Positions 10,401 through 20,111 of a DNA stretch of 64,000 nucleotides are shown here, one piece after another. Every line of letters starts with the position of its first letter. The first letter of the stretch is position 1. Source of the DNA: a virus. A program made the translations under genes and the position numbers. The notes under the pieces are model-generated. The model saw nothing but the letters and a program-made list of their open reading frames with translations. It was not told the DNA's origin and made no database searches. The stretch covers positions 1 to 64,000 of the IMG/VR virus record IMGVR_UViG_3300001533_001295; one strand, written 5' to 3'.

Positions 10401-10755
10401 ACAGCGACCTCCATATGAAGTTGTTCAGTTCTTGTTAGGAGTATCGGCAGCTGTAGCCGTACCGGACGTTGAAGACAAGAAAGCTGCTTTAGCTGCTGCT
10501 TTAGATAAAGTTATTGAAGAACTAGCTAGTAAATTTAACGCAAAATGCGCAGACGAATACGTAGTGCCTCTTAACAGCTCGGCACCTAACATTCAGGTGT
10601 TCAATGGAGTGGTTATGGGTACTTTGTCGGGCGTGGTAAAAGAGAAGTCCCATGAAATTAAAAGTGTTAGGGTCGCAAGTCCAGCAGAGAAAGTCATCGA
10701 AGCAGCTAAGCAAATCGGCGGAACAGTTAGAAGAACAAGAAGAAGAGGTAGGTAA
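10378..10755 (+). CDS. Hypothetical protein
   Basis: 125 aa ORF. Confidence 0.6.
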   Translation: MVDYMESKQRPPYEVVQFLLGVSAAVAVPDVEDKKAALAAALDKVIEELASKFNAKCADEYVVPLNSSAPNIQVFNGVVMGTLSGVVKEKSHEIKSVRVASPAEKVIEAAKQIGGTVRRTRRRGR

Positions 10756-11101
10756 AAAGTTCTTCGCCGTTATAGCGACTTTAGGAATATCTCCGTCTTG
10801 CCTCATGTTCGAAGACAGGGAAAGCTTAGTAAAGCACCTGCGCGAACATATAAGTAAGTCTATACCCGATGATGTGCGTATATATGTGTTTGAAGGTAGT
10901 CGTATACCTATAACTCACTCGTCAGGTAATTACTTAGATCCACACCTAGTCTTCTCTAGCGAAGACAGAGTCAGGATATTAAGTAATGAATACATCGACC
11001 CGAGCCAAGATCAACTAATAAGTGGCATCATTAAATCTCCTTTAAATACTGAAACAACGACATCCGAAGAATCTAGTGACGAAGATGACTTATTCTTCTA
11101 G
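10652..11101 (+). CDS. Hypothetical protein with acidic C-terminus
   Basis: 149 aa ORF; start uncertain. Confidence 0.6.
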   Translation: MKLKVLGSQVQQRKSSKQLSKSAEQLEEQEEEVGKKFFAVIATLGISPSCLMFEDRESLVKHLREHISKSIPDDVRIYVFEGSRIPITHSSGNYLDPHLVFSSEDRVRILSNEYIDPSQDQLISGIIKSPLNTETTTSEESSDEDDLFF

Positions 11102-11103
11102 CG

Positions 11104-11131
11104 CTTAATTATTTAACATTTTGCGCTATAT
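11104..11131 (+). promoter_or_regulatory. Putative phage promoter motif, copy 1
   Basis: cttaattatttaacattttgcgctatat; matches copies at 60265 and 60914; intergenic. Confidence 0.6.
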
Positions 11132-11153
11132 TTTAATGCGGTGTCGCTCTCAC

Positions 11154-11181
11154 AAGGCCTGCTTTTAGCAGGCCTTTTTTT
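11154..11181 (+). terminator. Hairpin plus U-tract
   Basis: aaggcctgc-tttta-gcaggcctt followed by T run. Confidence 0.6.
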
Positions 11182-11198
11182 ATTTAAAGGAGACGCAG

Positions 11199-11924
11199 GT
11201 GTATGAGTTAGGTGAGGTACCGAAAACTAAAGCTAACAGGAAGTTAGCGGCCATAATTCAAAAGGCCAAAAAGAAGCTTTTTAATAAAGCTATCTGCTAC
11301 CAAGGAAAAGACTTTTTCATAAAGATTTTTTACTCGGTAGAAAACAAGTTTTATTGTGTCATCGAAGAAGGTGAGACAATTAAAACTATCGACCTAGATT
11401 TAGCAAGCGTTGGCCCTAGAAAAATTTACGCTGTAAAAAGCGTAAAAAGTATTCCAGAAAAAAAGCTTGCTGATGTCGACAGATTAGTTAAAGAAAATAA
11501 TCGAATAAGCGCTTATTCGATTTCTGGAGAGTTTCTGTTTGCTTTTGCCCCAGAGGAGAAAGGAGCAAAACTGTATGATTTGGACGGCGTTGACTATGTA
11601 ACTCTAGAAGACTATTTCAAAGATAAACCTAGTTTCAACGCGGCTTGGCTATCTCAACGGTTCTTAAACATAAAAGCCGATTTCGGTCGGCTTAAAGTTT
11701 GGGTGCTAACTAGTAAGAATTACTTAGATCATAGCTACTTTGATCTAAGTAAAGCAGCGGATGTTACGGCGTTAGTTATATTAGTTACCTTAGGAAAGGG
11801 CAGAAAATTATGTGCACGGAATACGCCAGACAACTTGTCGCTGACTGGACCAACAGCGGCAACTCCCAAGCCGAAAAAATCTTCGTTTCGGTGGATAACA
11901 ACCAAGCTAATGAGCTGGTTGTAG
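11199..11924 (+). CDS. Hypothetical protein
   Basis: 241 aa, RBS aaaggag upstream. Confidence 0.7.
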   Translation: MYELGEVPKTKANRKLAAIIQKAKKKLFNKAICYQGKDFFIKIFYSVENKFYCVIEEGETIKTIDLDLASVGPRKIYAVKSVKSIPEKKLADVDRLVKENNRISAYSISGEFLFAFAPEEKGAKLYDLDGVDYVTLEDYFKDKPSFNAAWLSQRFLNIKADFGRLKVWVLTSKNYLDHSYFDLSKAADVTALVILVTLGKGRKLCARNTPDNLSLTGPTAATPKPKKSSFRWITTKLMSWL

Positions 11925-12877
11925 CTATATTCACCGAAGAAGAGATCTTCGGCGAGATTAGGAAACCCGGTAAGGGTTGGCTGTCCGTGAAAATGGACAA
12001 ACCTCTCTCTGGAAAACAGAGAAAGTTCTACCGGAATAACTGCATCATCAGCCCAGCTGATGGAGTTATGAAGGTAACTGAGGGTGAGATTGACTTCTCG
12101 TTCGAAGTGGCTGAGAGAGTATACTCAGTCACAAAGCCGATTGAGGCAGCTATCACAGAGAAAACCTCTGTTAAAAAAGGAGAGATAATCGTGAGATTCT
12201 CTAAAATTTTAGACATCGTAGAGGAGTACTACGATGGTAAGAATTTCAGCATAGATCCCCAGGCTGAAAAAACCAACACTGAGTCAGAACAGTTGCTGGA
12301 GCACATTTACAATGTTCTTCACAACGGTAAAGAACAGTTCGCTTACCGCTGGTACTACGTCCTTCCTTCAAACGCTTTGACGCCTGGGATGGCGTTAAAA
12401 CTGAAGGAAGAGAAAGCGCTGGAGGCTATCGAAGGCGGCCTGCCGGTCCGGGTGATGCACCGCTCTAGGTACATCACACATGCCGACGAAACGACCGTCC
12501 GGCTCAGGACTAAACACTACAAGGAAGTAGTTTTCGACAGCCGACTGGTATCTATAGACGTAGAGCCAGGGAGGCTGTACGAAGCCGGCGAGCAAGTAGG
12601 CCGGTTCGTCAGGAGTATGGAAGACCTCGACATCATTCAGTCTGACAAGCGCGCGTTAGAGCGCATTTCGGACTGTTACATGCTGGAGAATTCCATTTTC
12701 TCTGGGGACAAGGTTATGGTCCCTGCTCGATTGGCCTTTTCGAAAAAGATGGAGAATTTCGAAAAGGTGTTAGTAAAAGGAGAATCGTTGGGAAAAGGGC
12801 CGCTCCCTTTCAACGATGACGGCTATGTTGATTTCGGCGATGTCAGAGTGTTCAGGCACTCTAAGCTGAAAAAGTAA
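11810..12877 (+). CDS. Hypothetical protein with possible sandwich-barrel hybrid motif repeats
   Basis: IISPADGVMKV...SVKKGEII and DVEPGRLYEAGEQV segments. Confidence 0.6.
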   Translation: MCTEYARQLVADWTNSGNSQAEKIFVSVDNNQANELVVAIFTEEEIFGEIRKPGKGWLSVKMDKPLSGKQRKFYRNNCIISPADGVMKVTEGEIDFSFEVAERVYSVTKPIEAAITEKTSVKKGEIIVRFSKILDIVEEYYDGKNFSIDPQAEKTNTESEQLLEHIYNVLHNGKEQFAYRWYYVLPSNALTPGMALKLKEEKALEAIEGGLPVRVMHRSRYITHADETTVRLRTKHYKEVVFDSRLVSIDVEPGRLYEAGEQVGRFVRSMEDLDIIQSDKRALERISDCYMLENSIFSGDKVMVPARLAFSKKMENFEKVLVKGESLGKGPLPFNDDGYVDFGDVRVFRHSKLKK

Positions 12878-12905
12878 GCACTACAAAAAAGTGCTTACTT
12901 AGTGT

Positions 12906-12944
12906 AAAGTAGGCGGAGAAGTTAACCTTCTCCGCCTACTTTTT
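12906..12944 (+). terminator. Rho-independent terminator
   Basis: 16-bp stem aaagtaggcggagaag/cttctccgcctacttt plus T run. Confidence 0.8.
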
Positions 12945-12960
12945 AGCTATTGGAACTAAT

Positions 12961-13170
12961 ATGCAATTTTCTACAGAGTATGCTGTAAAAGGCTTAGACC
13001 AAGCTATGGTGGACGACGAGGAGCTGCCGTCTGACTATAAGCCACCTACCAAGATGAATTCTAGAGATTTAATCGACGGCACGGATTTACCTAAGTACGG
13101 GCCTTCTGCTCCTTTTAAATTAGAGGTAAGCAAAGACTTTAATGATTTATCTATACACCTAATTCCATAG
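12961..13170 (+). CDS. Small hypothetical protein
   Basis: 69 aa ORF. Confidence 0.5.
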   Translation: MQFSTEYAVKGLDQAMVDDEELPSDYKPPTKMNSRDLIDGTDLPKYGPSAPFKLEVSKDFNDLSIHLIP

Positions 13171-13244
13171 CCATCGAAATCTATAATCAGTTAGTTAGAC
13201 AGCACGGTAAAGCTGCTACTGTTAGTACTGAAGAAAGTAAACCT

Positions 13245-13694
13245 ATGTCTATATCTCAGAGTGTACGTAGATCTACTCCGGCTGCCAGCTACACTGCACC
13301 CCTAGATTTAAGTAGTGTATTTAAGATACCGGGCTTGAGCCTAGAGCCGTCTGAGCCGTCTATTAGCATCGACATGCACTATTTTGCGCCAGACGCGCAA
13401 AAGGTTAGGCATAAGTACAAGGTAGATCACGCCATTTTTATGTCTCACCCAGATACAGGTGAGCCGGAGTTTTTTGTAACGGTCACCGATCAGCGTCGAG
13501 GAGAGGACGTTATAGACCAGCTGCCCGTTATCAGCGCTGTTCCTTTCGATGACGCTACCATATCCCTTGATTTGGTAGACGGAGGTAATCAGTATAGAAT
13601 TACAGCAGATCAAGGATCTATTGAATTTTCTTTCGGCGTGTTCTTCTTTATGATATTTTTCACTAAGCAAGTAGTAGAGATTAATAATGGATAA
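13245..13694 (+). CDS. Hypothetical protein
   Basis: 149 aa ORF. Confidence 0.65.
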   Translation: MSISQSVRRSTPAASYTAPLDLSSVFKIPGLSLEPSEPSISIDMHYFAPDAQKVRHKYKVDHAIFMSHPDTGEPEFFVTVTDQRRGEDVIDQLPVISAVPFDDATISLDLVDGGNQYRITADQGSIEFSFGVFFFMIFFTKQVVEINNG

Positions 13695-13869
13695 GTTCGC
13701 CGTAATAAGAGAAGACATTACTCCGCAGTACGCCGAGAGAAAAAAGTGCTCAAGCGGTAAGTGCGGCTGCGCTGGTGGCAGCAACAAGCGTTCGTCTGAG
13801 ATTCCGGCAGAGCTTACCGAAAAAGTCGCTAAGGACTTAGTTAAGCAAGATAAAAAGACTAGCTCTTAA
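13687..13869 (+). CDS. Small Cys-containing hypothetical protein
   Basis: 60 aa, overlaps upstream stop. Confidence 0.55.
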   Translation: MDKFAVIREDITPQYAERKKCSSGKCGCAGGSNKRSSEIPAELTEKVAKDLVKQDKKTSS

Positions 13870-13884
13870 GGTCTAGCGACTTAT

Positions 13885-15762
13885 ATGAATGACAACGCAA
13901 CAGGTATGTCTTTTTCTGCTTGTGGAAATATAAATTCTACAGGCGGCGGTTTAGGTAAGGCTAGGTTTCCGTCGCCTTACTTAGACTACACATCTACATA
14001 TGTGTGGCGTACGTTAGACGAAGTATTTGACTGGTCCGAGTTCAGCTTCCTTATGACTCCTGAAGTCAGGGAAGCTTTTAGGCGTTTAGTTAGCCCTTTT
14101 GTTACTCCGTTAAAATTCGAGTCTCTTGATCCAGAACACAGGCCATTAGATCCAGGCGATGAGAAGTCTTGGCAGAGACTTGTAGAGCTTAAATTAAAGT
14201 GGCCGATGCACGCCTTCGTCACTTTACTCAACATAATGTTCTACGGCAACGACTTTATGAGCGTTGTCGCTCCGGTTGATCGTTGGCTTGAGTGCCCCGA
14301 CTGTGGTACTAGGTACAGGCTCAGAGAGCTTACTCATGACCATAATTTTAGCTACTCTAAAAACGGCTTCTCTTTAAAATGCCGCTCACCTAGCTGCCGT
14401 TACAGTGGTTTAAATAGTAAGAAAATCTTTAAAGTAGTTGATATGCGAGATTCTCGGCCTGAGAACTTTCGCATCAAGCATTGGTCTCCTAGGAACATCG
14501 TAATAGATTACTACGAAGTACCTGAAGAGACTAAAATCTACTGGAATATCCCAGGCACTATTAAACAAGCTGTAAAGAAGAGCGATGTTTATACCTTGTC
14601 GACTCTAGACATGGGTATGCTCAAGGCTATAGAGGAAGGAAAACTATTTGAGTTTAATAAAAATAGAGTTTTCCATGCCTACGAGCCCACGCTATCTGGG
14701 ATAAAAAATAATGGTTGGGGGTTACCTAGGGTAACTGGATTACATAAGCAAGCTTGGATGCTGCAGCTTTTAAGAAAATCTGTGCAGTCTATAGCTTTAG
14801 ACTTAGATCATCCTATTAAAATAGTCTCGCCGGCTCCGGTGTCTCAGCAGACAATGGGCGGAGCTATGTCTCCTAACCAAGCTCAACCGGTAGCTGAATT
14901 TCAACGCAACTTTAACAGGATATTAGCTTCTCATAGGTTTGACCAAACTAGGTGGCACGCAATGGGTCAGCCTATTCAGTCTTCGTTTTTAGGCGGACAA
15001 GCTAATCAGTTGTTTCCGTCAGAAATGATAAACGCTACTAAAGAAGACTTAGTTGATGCAGCTGGGTTGCCTGTCGAACTTTATAAAGGTAACTTATCGG
15101 CGCAAGCTGCCCCTATGGGTATGCGTTTGTTTGAAGTTCAAAACTCATTTTTAGTAGCCATAATAAATGATGCTGCTCAGTTTGCAGTGGACCGCATATG
15201 TGAGTTAAGCGCCAGGGACCCTGTAAACGTAAGTCACCAGCCACTGAAGTTGGTCGACGATATGAACACCATTGCCATGTTGAGCCAGCTGGCTACTTCC
15301 GGTGCTATCAGCTTGAGCGAGCCGCTTGGTAGGTTGGGCGTTTCGCTGCGCGATGATATGTGGAAGCAGCATTACGAACAAAAGTTGCGTCAGGAATTCC
15401 AGCAACGCATGGAGTCCGACATGATGAAGCAGCAAGAATCGGCTGCTTTGATGCAGCAGCTTGGCGCTCCTCAAGAACAGCAAGTAGGACCTGACGGCCA
15501 ACCTATGCCTCAAGGTCCAGCAGCTCAGATGCTTCCTTCGCAGGGACTAAAGCCGCCTCCTCAGCTTGAGCAGTGGGAGCCTGCGGCTATGTCTTTGGCT
15601 GAGACTTTATCTATGATGCCTGAAATTCAAAGGCAGCAAGAAATAAGGATACTCAGAGAGCAGAACCCGACTTTCCATGCTGTAGTAATGCAGCGGTTGA
15701 GTCAGATACGCAGGCAGCAGGGTACGGAAGCTCGCGCTGCCATGATGTCCGGTGGTATGTAA
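13885..15762 (+). CDS. Probable portal protein with zinc-ribbon insertion
   Basis: 625 aa; YGNDF, ECPDC...CRSPSC, GWGLP motif, Q/P/M-rich C-terminus; layout resembles large-phage portals. Confidence 0.55.
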   Translation: MNDNATGMSFSACGNINSTGGGLGKARFPSPYLDYTSTYVWRTLDEVFDWSEFSFLMTPEVREAFRRLVSPFVTPLKFESLDPEHRPLDPGDEKSWQRLVELKLKWPMHAFVTLLNIMFYGNDFMSVVAPVDRWLECPDCGTRYRLRELTHDHNFSYSKNGFSLKCRSPSCRYSGLNSKKIFKVVDMRDSRPENFRIKHWSPRNIVIDYYEVPEETKIYWNIPGTIKQAVKKSDVYTLSTLDMGMLKAIEEGKLFEFNKNRVFHAYEPTLSGIKNNGWGLPRVTGLHKQAWMLQLLRKSVQSIALDLDHPIKIVSPAPVSQQTMGGAMSPNQAQPVAEFQRNFNRILASHRFDQTRWHAMGQPIQSSFLGGQANQLFPSEMINATKEDLVDAAGLPVELYKGNLSAQAAPMGMRLFEVQNSFLVAIINDAAQFAVDRICELSARDPVNVSHQPLKLVDDMNTIAMLSQLATSGAISLSEPLGRLGVSLRDDMWKQHYEQKLRQEFQQRMESDMMKQQESAALMQQLGAPQEQQVGPDGQPMPQGPAAQMLPSQGLKPPPQLEQWEPAAMSLAETLSMMPEIQRQQEIRILREQNPTFHAVVMQRLSQIRRQQGTEARAAMMSGGM

Positions 15763-15777
15763 TTAAGGTTTATATCG

Positions 15778-16092
15778 ATGAAACGACGACGCAAGAGAAT
15801 ATTACCCGTGGATGGCGAAATTCAAGAATCGGCTCCCATGCCTACTCCTGTAACTGAAGAAGTTAAGCCTCCTGCGGAGGAGATTCCTCCGGTAGAGGAA
15901 GCTCCTCCTGTGGAAGAAATTCCACCGGTAGAAGAAGTTCCTCCGCCAGTAGAAGAAGTTCCTCCGCCGCCAGCAGAGGAAGAGGAAGAGGAAGTTGAAG
16001 TTAAAGTTGAATCAAATCAACCAGAGTACGCTTCTTATTTGCATTTTCTATTAGCTCTAGAAGGCAACAGCGAACCGCTAACTATAATTTAG
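15778..16092 (+). CDS. Pro/Glu-rich small protein
   Basis: PPVEE tandem repeats. Confidence 0.6.
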   Translation: MKRRRKRILPVDGEIQESAPMPTPVTEEVKPPAEEIPPVEEAPPVEEIPPVEEVPPPVEEVPPPPAEEEEEEVEVKVESNQPEYASYLHFLLALEGNSEPLTII

Positions 16093-16195
16093 GCTACATT
16101 ACTTCTTGCGGCTGGGTAACTAGAACCTACATTAAAGGTTGCTATAGGTACGCACTCAGCGCAAACGGAGCTAAAAAGATAACGGAACTTATGCA

Positions 16196-17014
16196 GTGAC
16201 AGTCAACGTCTTTGCTACTCCTGGTGGAACTAACTTGTTAGGCGGAGCCGTTACGCTTCGCCGTAACCCTAAACCAGGTGAATCTAACAACCCCGCTAAG
16301 CAGTGGGTTTTTAACAGCGCTAAGACTAACTACGATTTAACTCATGGTAAAACCATATCTGAAGTAGCTAAAGATAAAAGTAAGCAACCTAGCGAAAAAA
16401 ATACTAAAGAAAATGGTCGGAACATGGCTCCAGCACATAAAGTAGCTTTCGGAAATCTTAAAGTTCCGCAAAAAAACGACATAAACTACGAAGCTTTAAA
16501 GCTGTACAGGAAGTGCGCAGTAGTATCTGCCGTACCTAACATACTTAGGTCTGCAGGAAGTTTTATGGCTAGGGCAGGTAAAAACCCTGTCATGAACTAT
16601 GGTACAAAAGCTATGCAAGGATACGGCGTAGGAAATTTAGGTAGCGTTTTGTCGGCACATGCAACCGGATTTCCGTTAGACGATAATTTTAGTTACGGCT
16701 TAGCCTTGATGGCTCCTGCAATTATGAGAGGCCGACGTCCACGTACCCTAAGACGTTTCAATAACCTGAGTAACAAAGGTCTTGCGTTAGCGGCGATGGG
16801 TAGTTTACAACGTCAAACCTGGGGTAACGGCCAATCTATGCTACTAGACCCTAGAGGTGCTTTAAACCAAAACAAACAAGAATTCAGTCAATCTATGTAC
16901 AATAACTTACATGATTACTCTATTAAAGCGGGTTTTGGTGGTGTAGATCCTATGTTGCATGAGTTTAGTAAACTTAGATTTTTAAAATACCTACCGCCGT
17001 ATAAAAAAGCTTGA
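16196..17014 (+). CDS. Probable virion protein (K-x-A motif family)
   Basis: HKVAF, RKCAV motifs, Gly/Ala-rich segments. Confidence 0.5.
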   Translation: MTVNVFATPGGTNLLGGAVTLRRNPKPGESNNPAKQWVFNSAKTNYDLTHGKTISEVAKDKSKQPSEKNTKENGRNMAPAHKVAFGNLKVPQKNDINYEALKLYRKCAVVSAVPNILRSAGSFMARAGKNPVMNYGTKAMQGYGVGNLGSVLSAHATGFPLDDNFSYGLALMAPAIMRGRRPRTLRRFNNLSNKGLALAAMGSLQRQTWGNGQSMLLDPRGALNQNKQEFSQSMYNNLHDYSIKAGFGGVDPMLHEFSKLRFLKYLPPYKKA

Positions 17015-17018
17015 CTTA

Positions 17019-17741
17019 ATGCCTCAGGTAGACGCTTTACGAGAACCGTGGAAAGTAGTATTACTAGTCCACGGTGAGACTAGGCGCCAAGTTGAGCAGA
17101 CTTATACCCAGTTGCAGCAACTAGGTTTCGAGTCTGTACATGTCGCTTCGTCTTCTGACGTTACTATAAATAAACGTCACGACACAATAGTTCAACAGGA
17201 TAAAACCTGGAAGAGCGAGTACTACCTGTATAGAGACATGATAAAAATCATGTCTAGTGCGTACGCCAGCCAATGCGACATGTTCATGTTTGTCAGAGCT
17301 GGCTCTTTTTTATGGGAACAGTTGCCTGTCTATTGCGAGACAACCATTCCTAAAGACTCTGTAGGAGTTTGGAATCCGTTTACACCTAATAGAGTGTTTC
17401 CGGATGAGCAGCGGCAACGGCCTGAGTGCACAGGGAACTTTGGCTGGTGCCGACATCCAATAAATTCTTCATTGGCGGCTTACCATTGTTTCGTTGTAAG
17501 AAACCACACTCTTACGTTAATGGCTGCGTACATGGACGACGAGCCAGAACTTGGAGGTAATTTTGGAGGCAGTTTAGCGTTAGCTCTAAACAGGTATGAA
17601 GTGCCGATGTACTTCCACTTACCTAGTTTGGTTGTGTATTCTTCCGAATTTTTATTAGCTGACGATTTTGTAGGAGTATCACATCATATGAATCAATCAG
17701 ACATGCGCGTTTGTAACTACATCTACAAAGCTGATGTATGA
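17019..17741 (+). CDS. Glycosyltransferase-like protein (divergent)
   Basis: C-terminal YFHLPSLV resembles the GT-A fold PSLVxH motif; adjacent to an epimerase-like gene. Confidence 0.35.
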   Translation: MPQVDALREPWKVVLLVHGETRRQVEQTYTQLQQLGFESVHVASSSDVTINKRHDTIVQQDKTWKSEYYLYRDMIKIMSSAYASQCDMFMFVRAGSFLWEQLPVYCETTIPKDSVGVWNPFTPNRVFPDEQRQRPECTGNFGWCRHPINSSLAAYHCFVVRNHTLTLMAAYMDDEPELGGNFGGSLALALNRYEVPMYFHLPSLVVYSSEFLLADDFVGVSHHMNQSDMRVCNYIYKADV

Positions 17742-18718
17742 ACTTATCTAACTCTATTCTAGTAATAGGGGCAGATACACCGTTAGGCAGCGAGATAGCT
17801 AATAAAGTAAGCAGCGCGAATACAGGCGTCATATCCTGGAGCTGTGATAGAGTTGTAAATGACTCTACTAAAATAATAAAAGACTCACTTTACAGTAAAA
17901 AACCATTTGCTGTTGTAAATTGTCTGGGTCTATCTTATAGGTGCGCTCACGCTGGCGACCAGGCACATATACAGAGTTTGGCTGCTACTCATACAGCCAT
18001 ACAGTACGCCGGACGTAAAGGTGCTGTGTATGTACATGCAAGTTCAGCTGACGTATACGGTCAAGCTGTGTCGATGTCGCAGCGTACTGTTTACGAGCCG
18101 TACGACCCGTACCTATGCTCTACGGACAACTTAGAGTCTTTGTTTAACTCTAGGCTAGAGTCTCAGGTATTTATGCAGACTCAGATAGCGTGTCCGGACG
18201 TATGGGCAGGAGCCAGAGTATCTACTGGGCTCGTATTTTACGTACTGAGACTGGGTCCTATTGTACTTCCGGCTGGTAACAGTAATAAAGACGCCTGCAA
18301 GCTGTCTAAGTTTGTTCATCTTGCTTTAAGTAAACGTCACAAGGATGTACATATAGAGAGTCCTGAGGCGTTAGTAACTCCTGTAAGTCTAGACTACGCT
18401 GTAAACTCAGTTATGTATGCGGTGGACAATCCGCATAAATTACAAAGCGGTGTATATAATATAGGTTCAAACAATCCTGTAAGTCTCAGGAGTTTGTTTA
18501 ATCAACTAAACATATACAGTGGTAGTCACTTTGTAGTAAAGCCTAAAAATATCAGGTATTCTGATAAAGACGACAGTCTTTTAGTGAATTGGCCTGTAGT
18601 TGATCAAGCTCTGTCTAACGTCTGGTGGCATAGGCGAACTAAACTGAGTCCACTAAATACAACTACTTTAATAAAATCTGTATTATCTGATGAAGACTCC
18701 GACGCTGAATTATTTTAA
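17738..18718 (+). CDS. NAD(P)-binding epimerase/RmlD-like SDR protein (degenerate)
   Basis: LVIGADTPLG, VVNC, YVHASSADVYG, LRLG, GVYNIGS...VSL motifs. Confidence 0.7.
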   Translation: MNLSNSILVIGADTPLGSEIANKVSSANTGVISWSCDRVVNDSTKIIKDSLYSKKPFAVVNCLGLSYRCAHAGDQAHIQSLAATHTAIQYAGRKGAVYVHASSADVYGQAVSMSQRTVYEPYDPYLCSTDNLESLFNSRLESQVFMQTQIACPDVWAGARVSTGLVFYVLRLGPIVLPAGNSNKDACKLSKFVHLALSKRHKDVHIESPEALVTPVSLDYAVNSVMYAVDNPHKLQSGVYNIGSNNPVSLRSLFNQLNIYSGSHFVVKPKNIRYSDKDDSLLVNWPVVDQALSNVWWHRRTKLSPLNTTTLIKSVLSDEDSDAELF

Positions 18719-20111
18719 AAGAGCTAACAAGACGCCAAAGTCTGTTACAGCTCTATCAGGTAAGCTAATCTTATCTGACTCTAACTGGGTTCTGTTAGAA
18801 GTCCCTAACGCGATAGTCTACGGTCTATACGCTGCGTTAGACGTGCCTGGTATAGAGTTACCTAAACATAAAGGTAAGCTCAACGCGCATATAAGTGTTA
18901 TGCGTGCTGAAGAAGTAGAGGCCATAGGCGGCGGCGACATAATCTCTGAGCGCGGTAAAAGCTACCATTTTCAGATAGGTAACTTAAAAGAAGTTAAACC
19001 TATAGGATGGGAAGGCGTTGAACGAGTTTGGTTTGTTGAAGCTTTTAGTCCTGAGTTGTCTCAGCTGCGGCGTAGCTACGGTTTAACTTCTTTACCTAAA
19101 AAAGGTAACAAGAACCTCAAATTTCATATAACAGTAGCTATAAGAAAATCCAGAGTATTACAAGAGAATAAGGTAACTAAGACTGCAAGTATTAAAGACG
19201 CGGTTAAGTTATTTAGTAAACATAGTGACGAGATACAAGGAGTTACCACAGGTTTAACTCCTGAGCAACTAAGGCAGGTTCCCGGTTACACTCAGCCTAC
19301 ACCTCATAATCCTTTAAATGCGGCTAGACAAATAAGTCAATCACCTGATCTATCTAGTTTTGCAAATTCCAACGCAGTAAGCGCTAGAAACACACCTTCA
19401 CCTATAGCTAAGCCTAATTTTTTCTCAGACTATAGAGATTATTTCTTAAGAGCGCATGCTCCAAACGCTTCTTTTCTAGGACTAGTTAGTCCTGAGAACA
19501 GACAGCAGATAGAGCAAAGAGTGCCGGCCGACGCGCTAACGCACGCAGCTCAAGCCGGTCCTATTGTTAGCGCGGGCGCCTTAGCAACTGCTGGAGGAGT
19601 TGCTGCAGCTCCAGCGATACAAGGAGCTGTAGCTCCTGTTCTTACTGGTTTTAGTGCGAGAAAGAGTATGCCTACTTTTACTAACTTTATGCGTCGGCTT
19701 AAAAGTAGACCAAAACAACCACCAAAACCAACAGCTAATCCTGCAGGTAGTACGGCATCTCCTGCTAGTGACCCATTTAGCGCGTTTAGGCCTAAAACTC
19801 CCGGCACTAGCACTACGCCAGCAAATGTTGGCGGCAGAAATTGGCGTGGAACAGTAGGTAAAAATTTCTCACGCGCATCAAACTTAGCAGGAGCATATCT
19901 TATGTTTTCAGCAATTAATGACGCAGTTAACCCTAAAGATAATGATCAAAGCTACTTAGACAATAGTAATGAGTACCCGACAATAAGTGAATTTCTTAAT
20001 TCAGGAGGACAAATGGGTTCAGAAACTCAGAACGCACCAAGTGCGCCTAGCAGTGGTCTAGACTTTGACGACCCAACTAAGACGCGATTAAAGCGGTATA
20101 CGTACCTGTAG
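18690..20111 (+). CDS. 2H phosphoesterase domain fused to a low-complexity K-x-A-type virion protein
   Basis: Two HxS/T motifs AHISV and FHITV about 80 aa apart, followed by KTAS and an Ala/Pro-rich tail. Confidence 0.7.
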   Translation: MKTPTLNYFKRANKTPKSVTALSGKLILSDSNWVLLEVPNAIVYGLYAALDVPGIELPKHKGKLNAHISVMRAEEVEAIGGGDIISERGKSYHFQIGNLKEVKPIGWEGVERVWFVEAFSPELSQLRRSYGLTSLPKKGNKNLKFHITVAIRKSRVLQENKVTKTASIKDAVKLFSKHSDEIQGVTTGLTPEQLRQVPGYTQPTPHNPLNAARQISQSPDLSSFANSNAVSARNTPSPIAKPNFFSDYRDYFLRAHAPNASFLGLVSPENRQQIEQRVPADALTHAAQAGPIVSAGALATAGGVAAAPAIQGAVAPVLTGFSARKSMPTFTNFMRRLKSRPKQPPKPTANPAGSTASPASDPFSAFRPKTPGTSTTPANVGGRNWRGTVGKNFSRASNLAGAYLMFSAINDAVNPKDNDQSYLDNSNEYPTISEFLNSGGQMGSETQNAPSAPSSGLDFDDPTKTRLKRYTYL

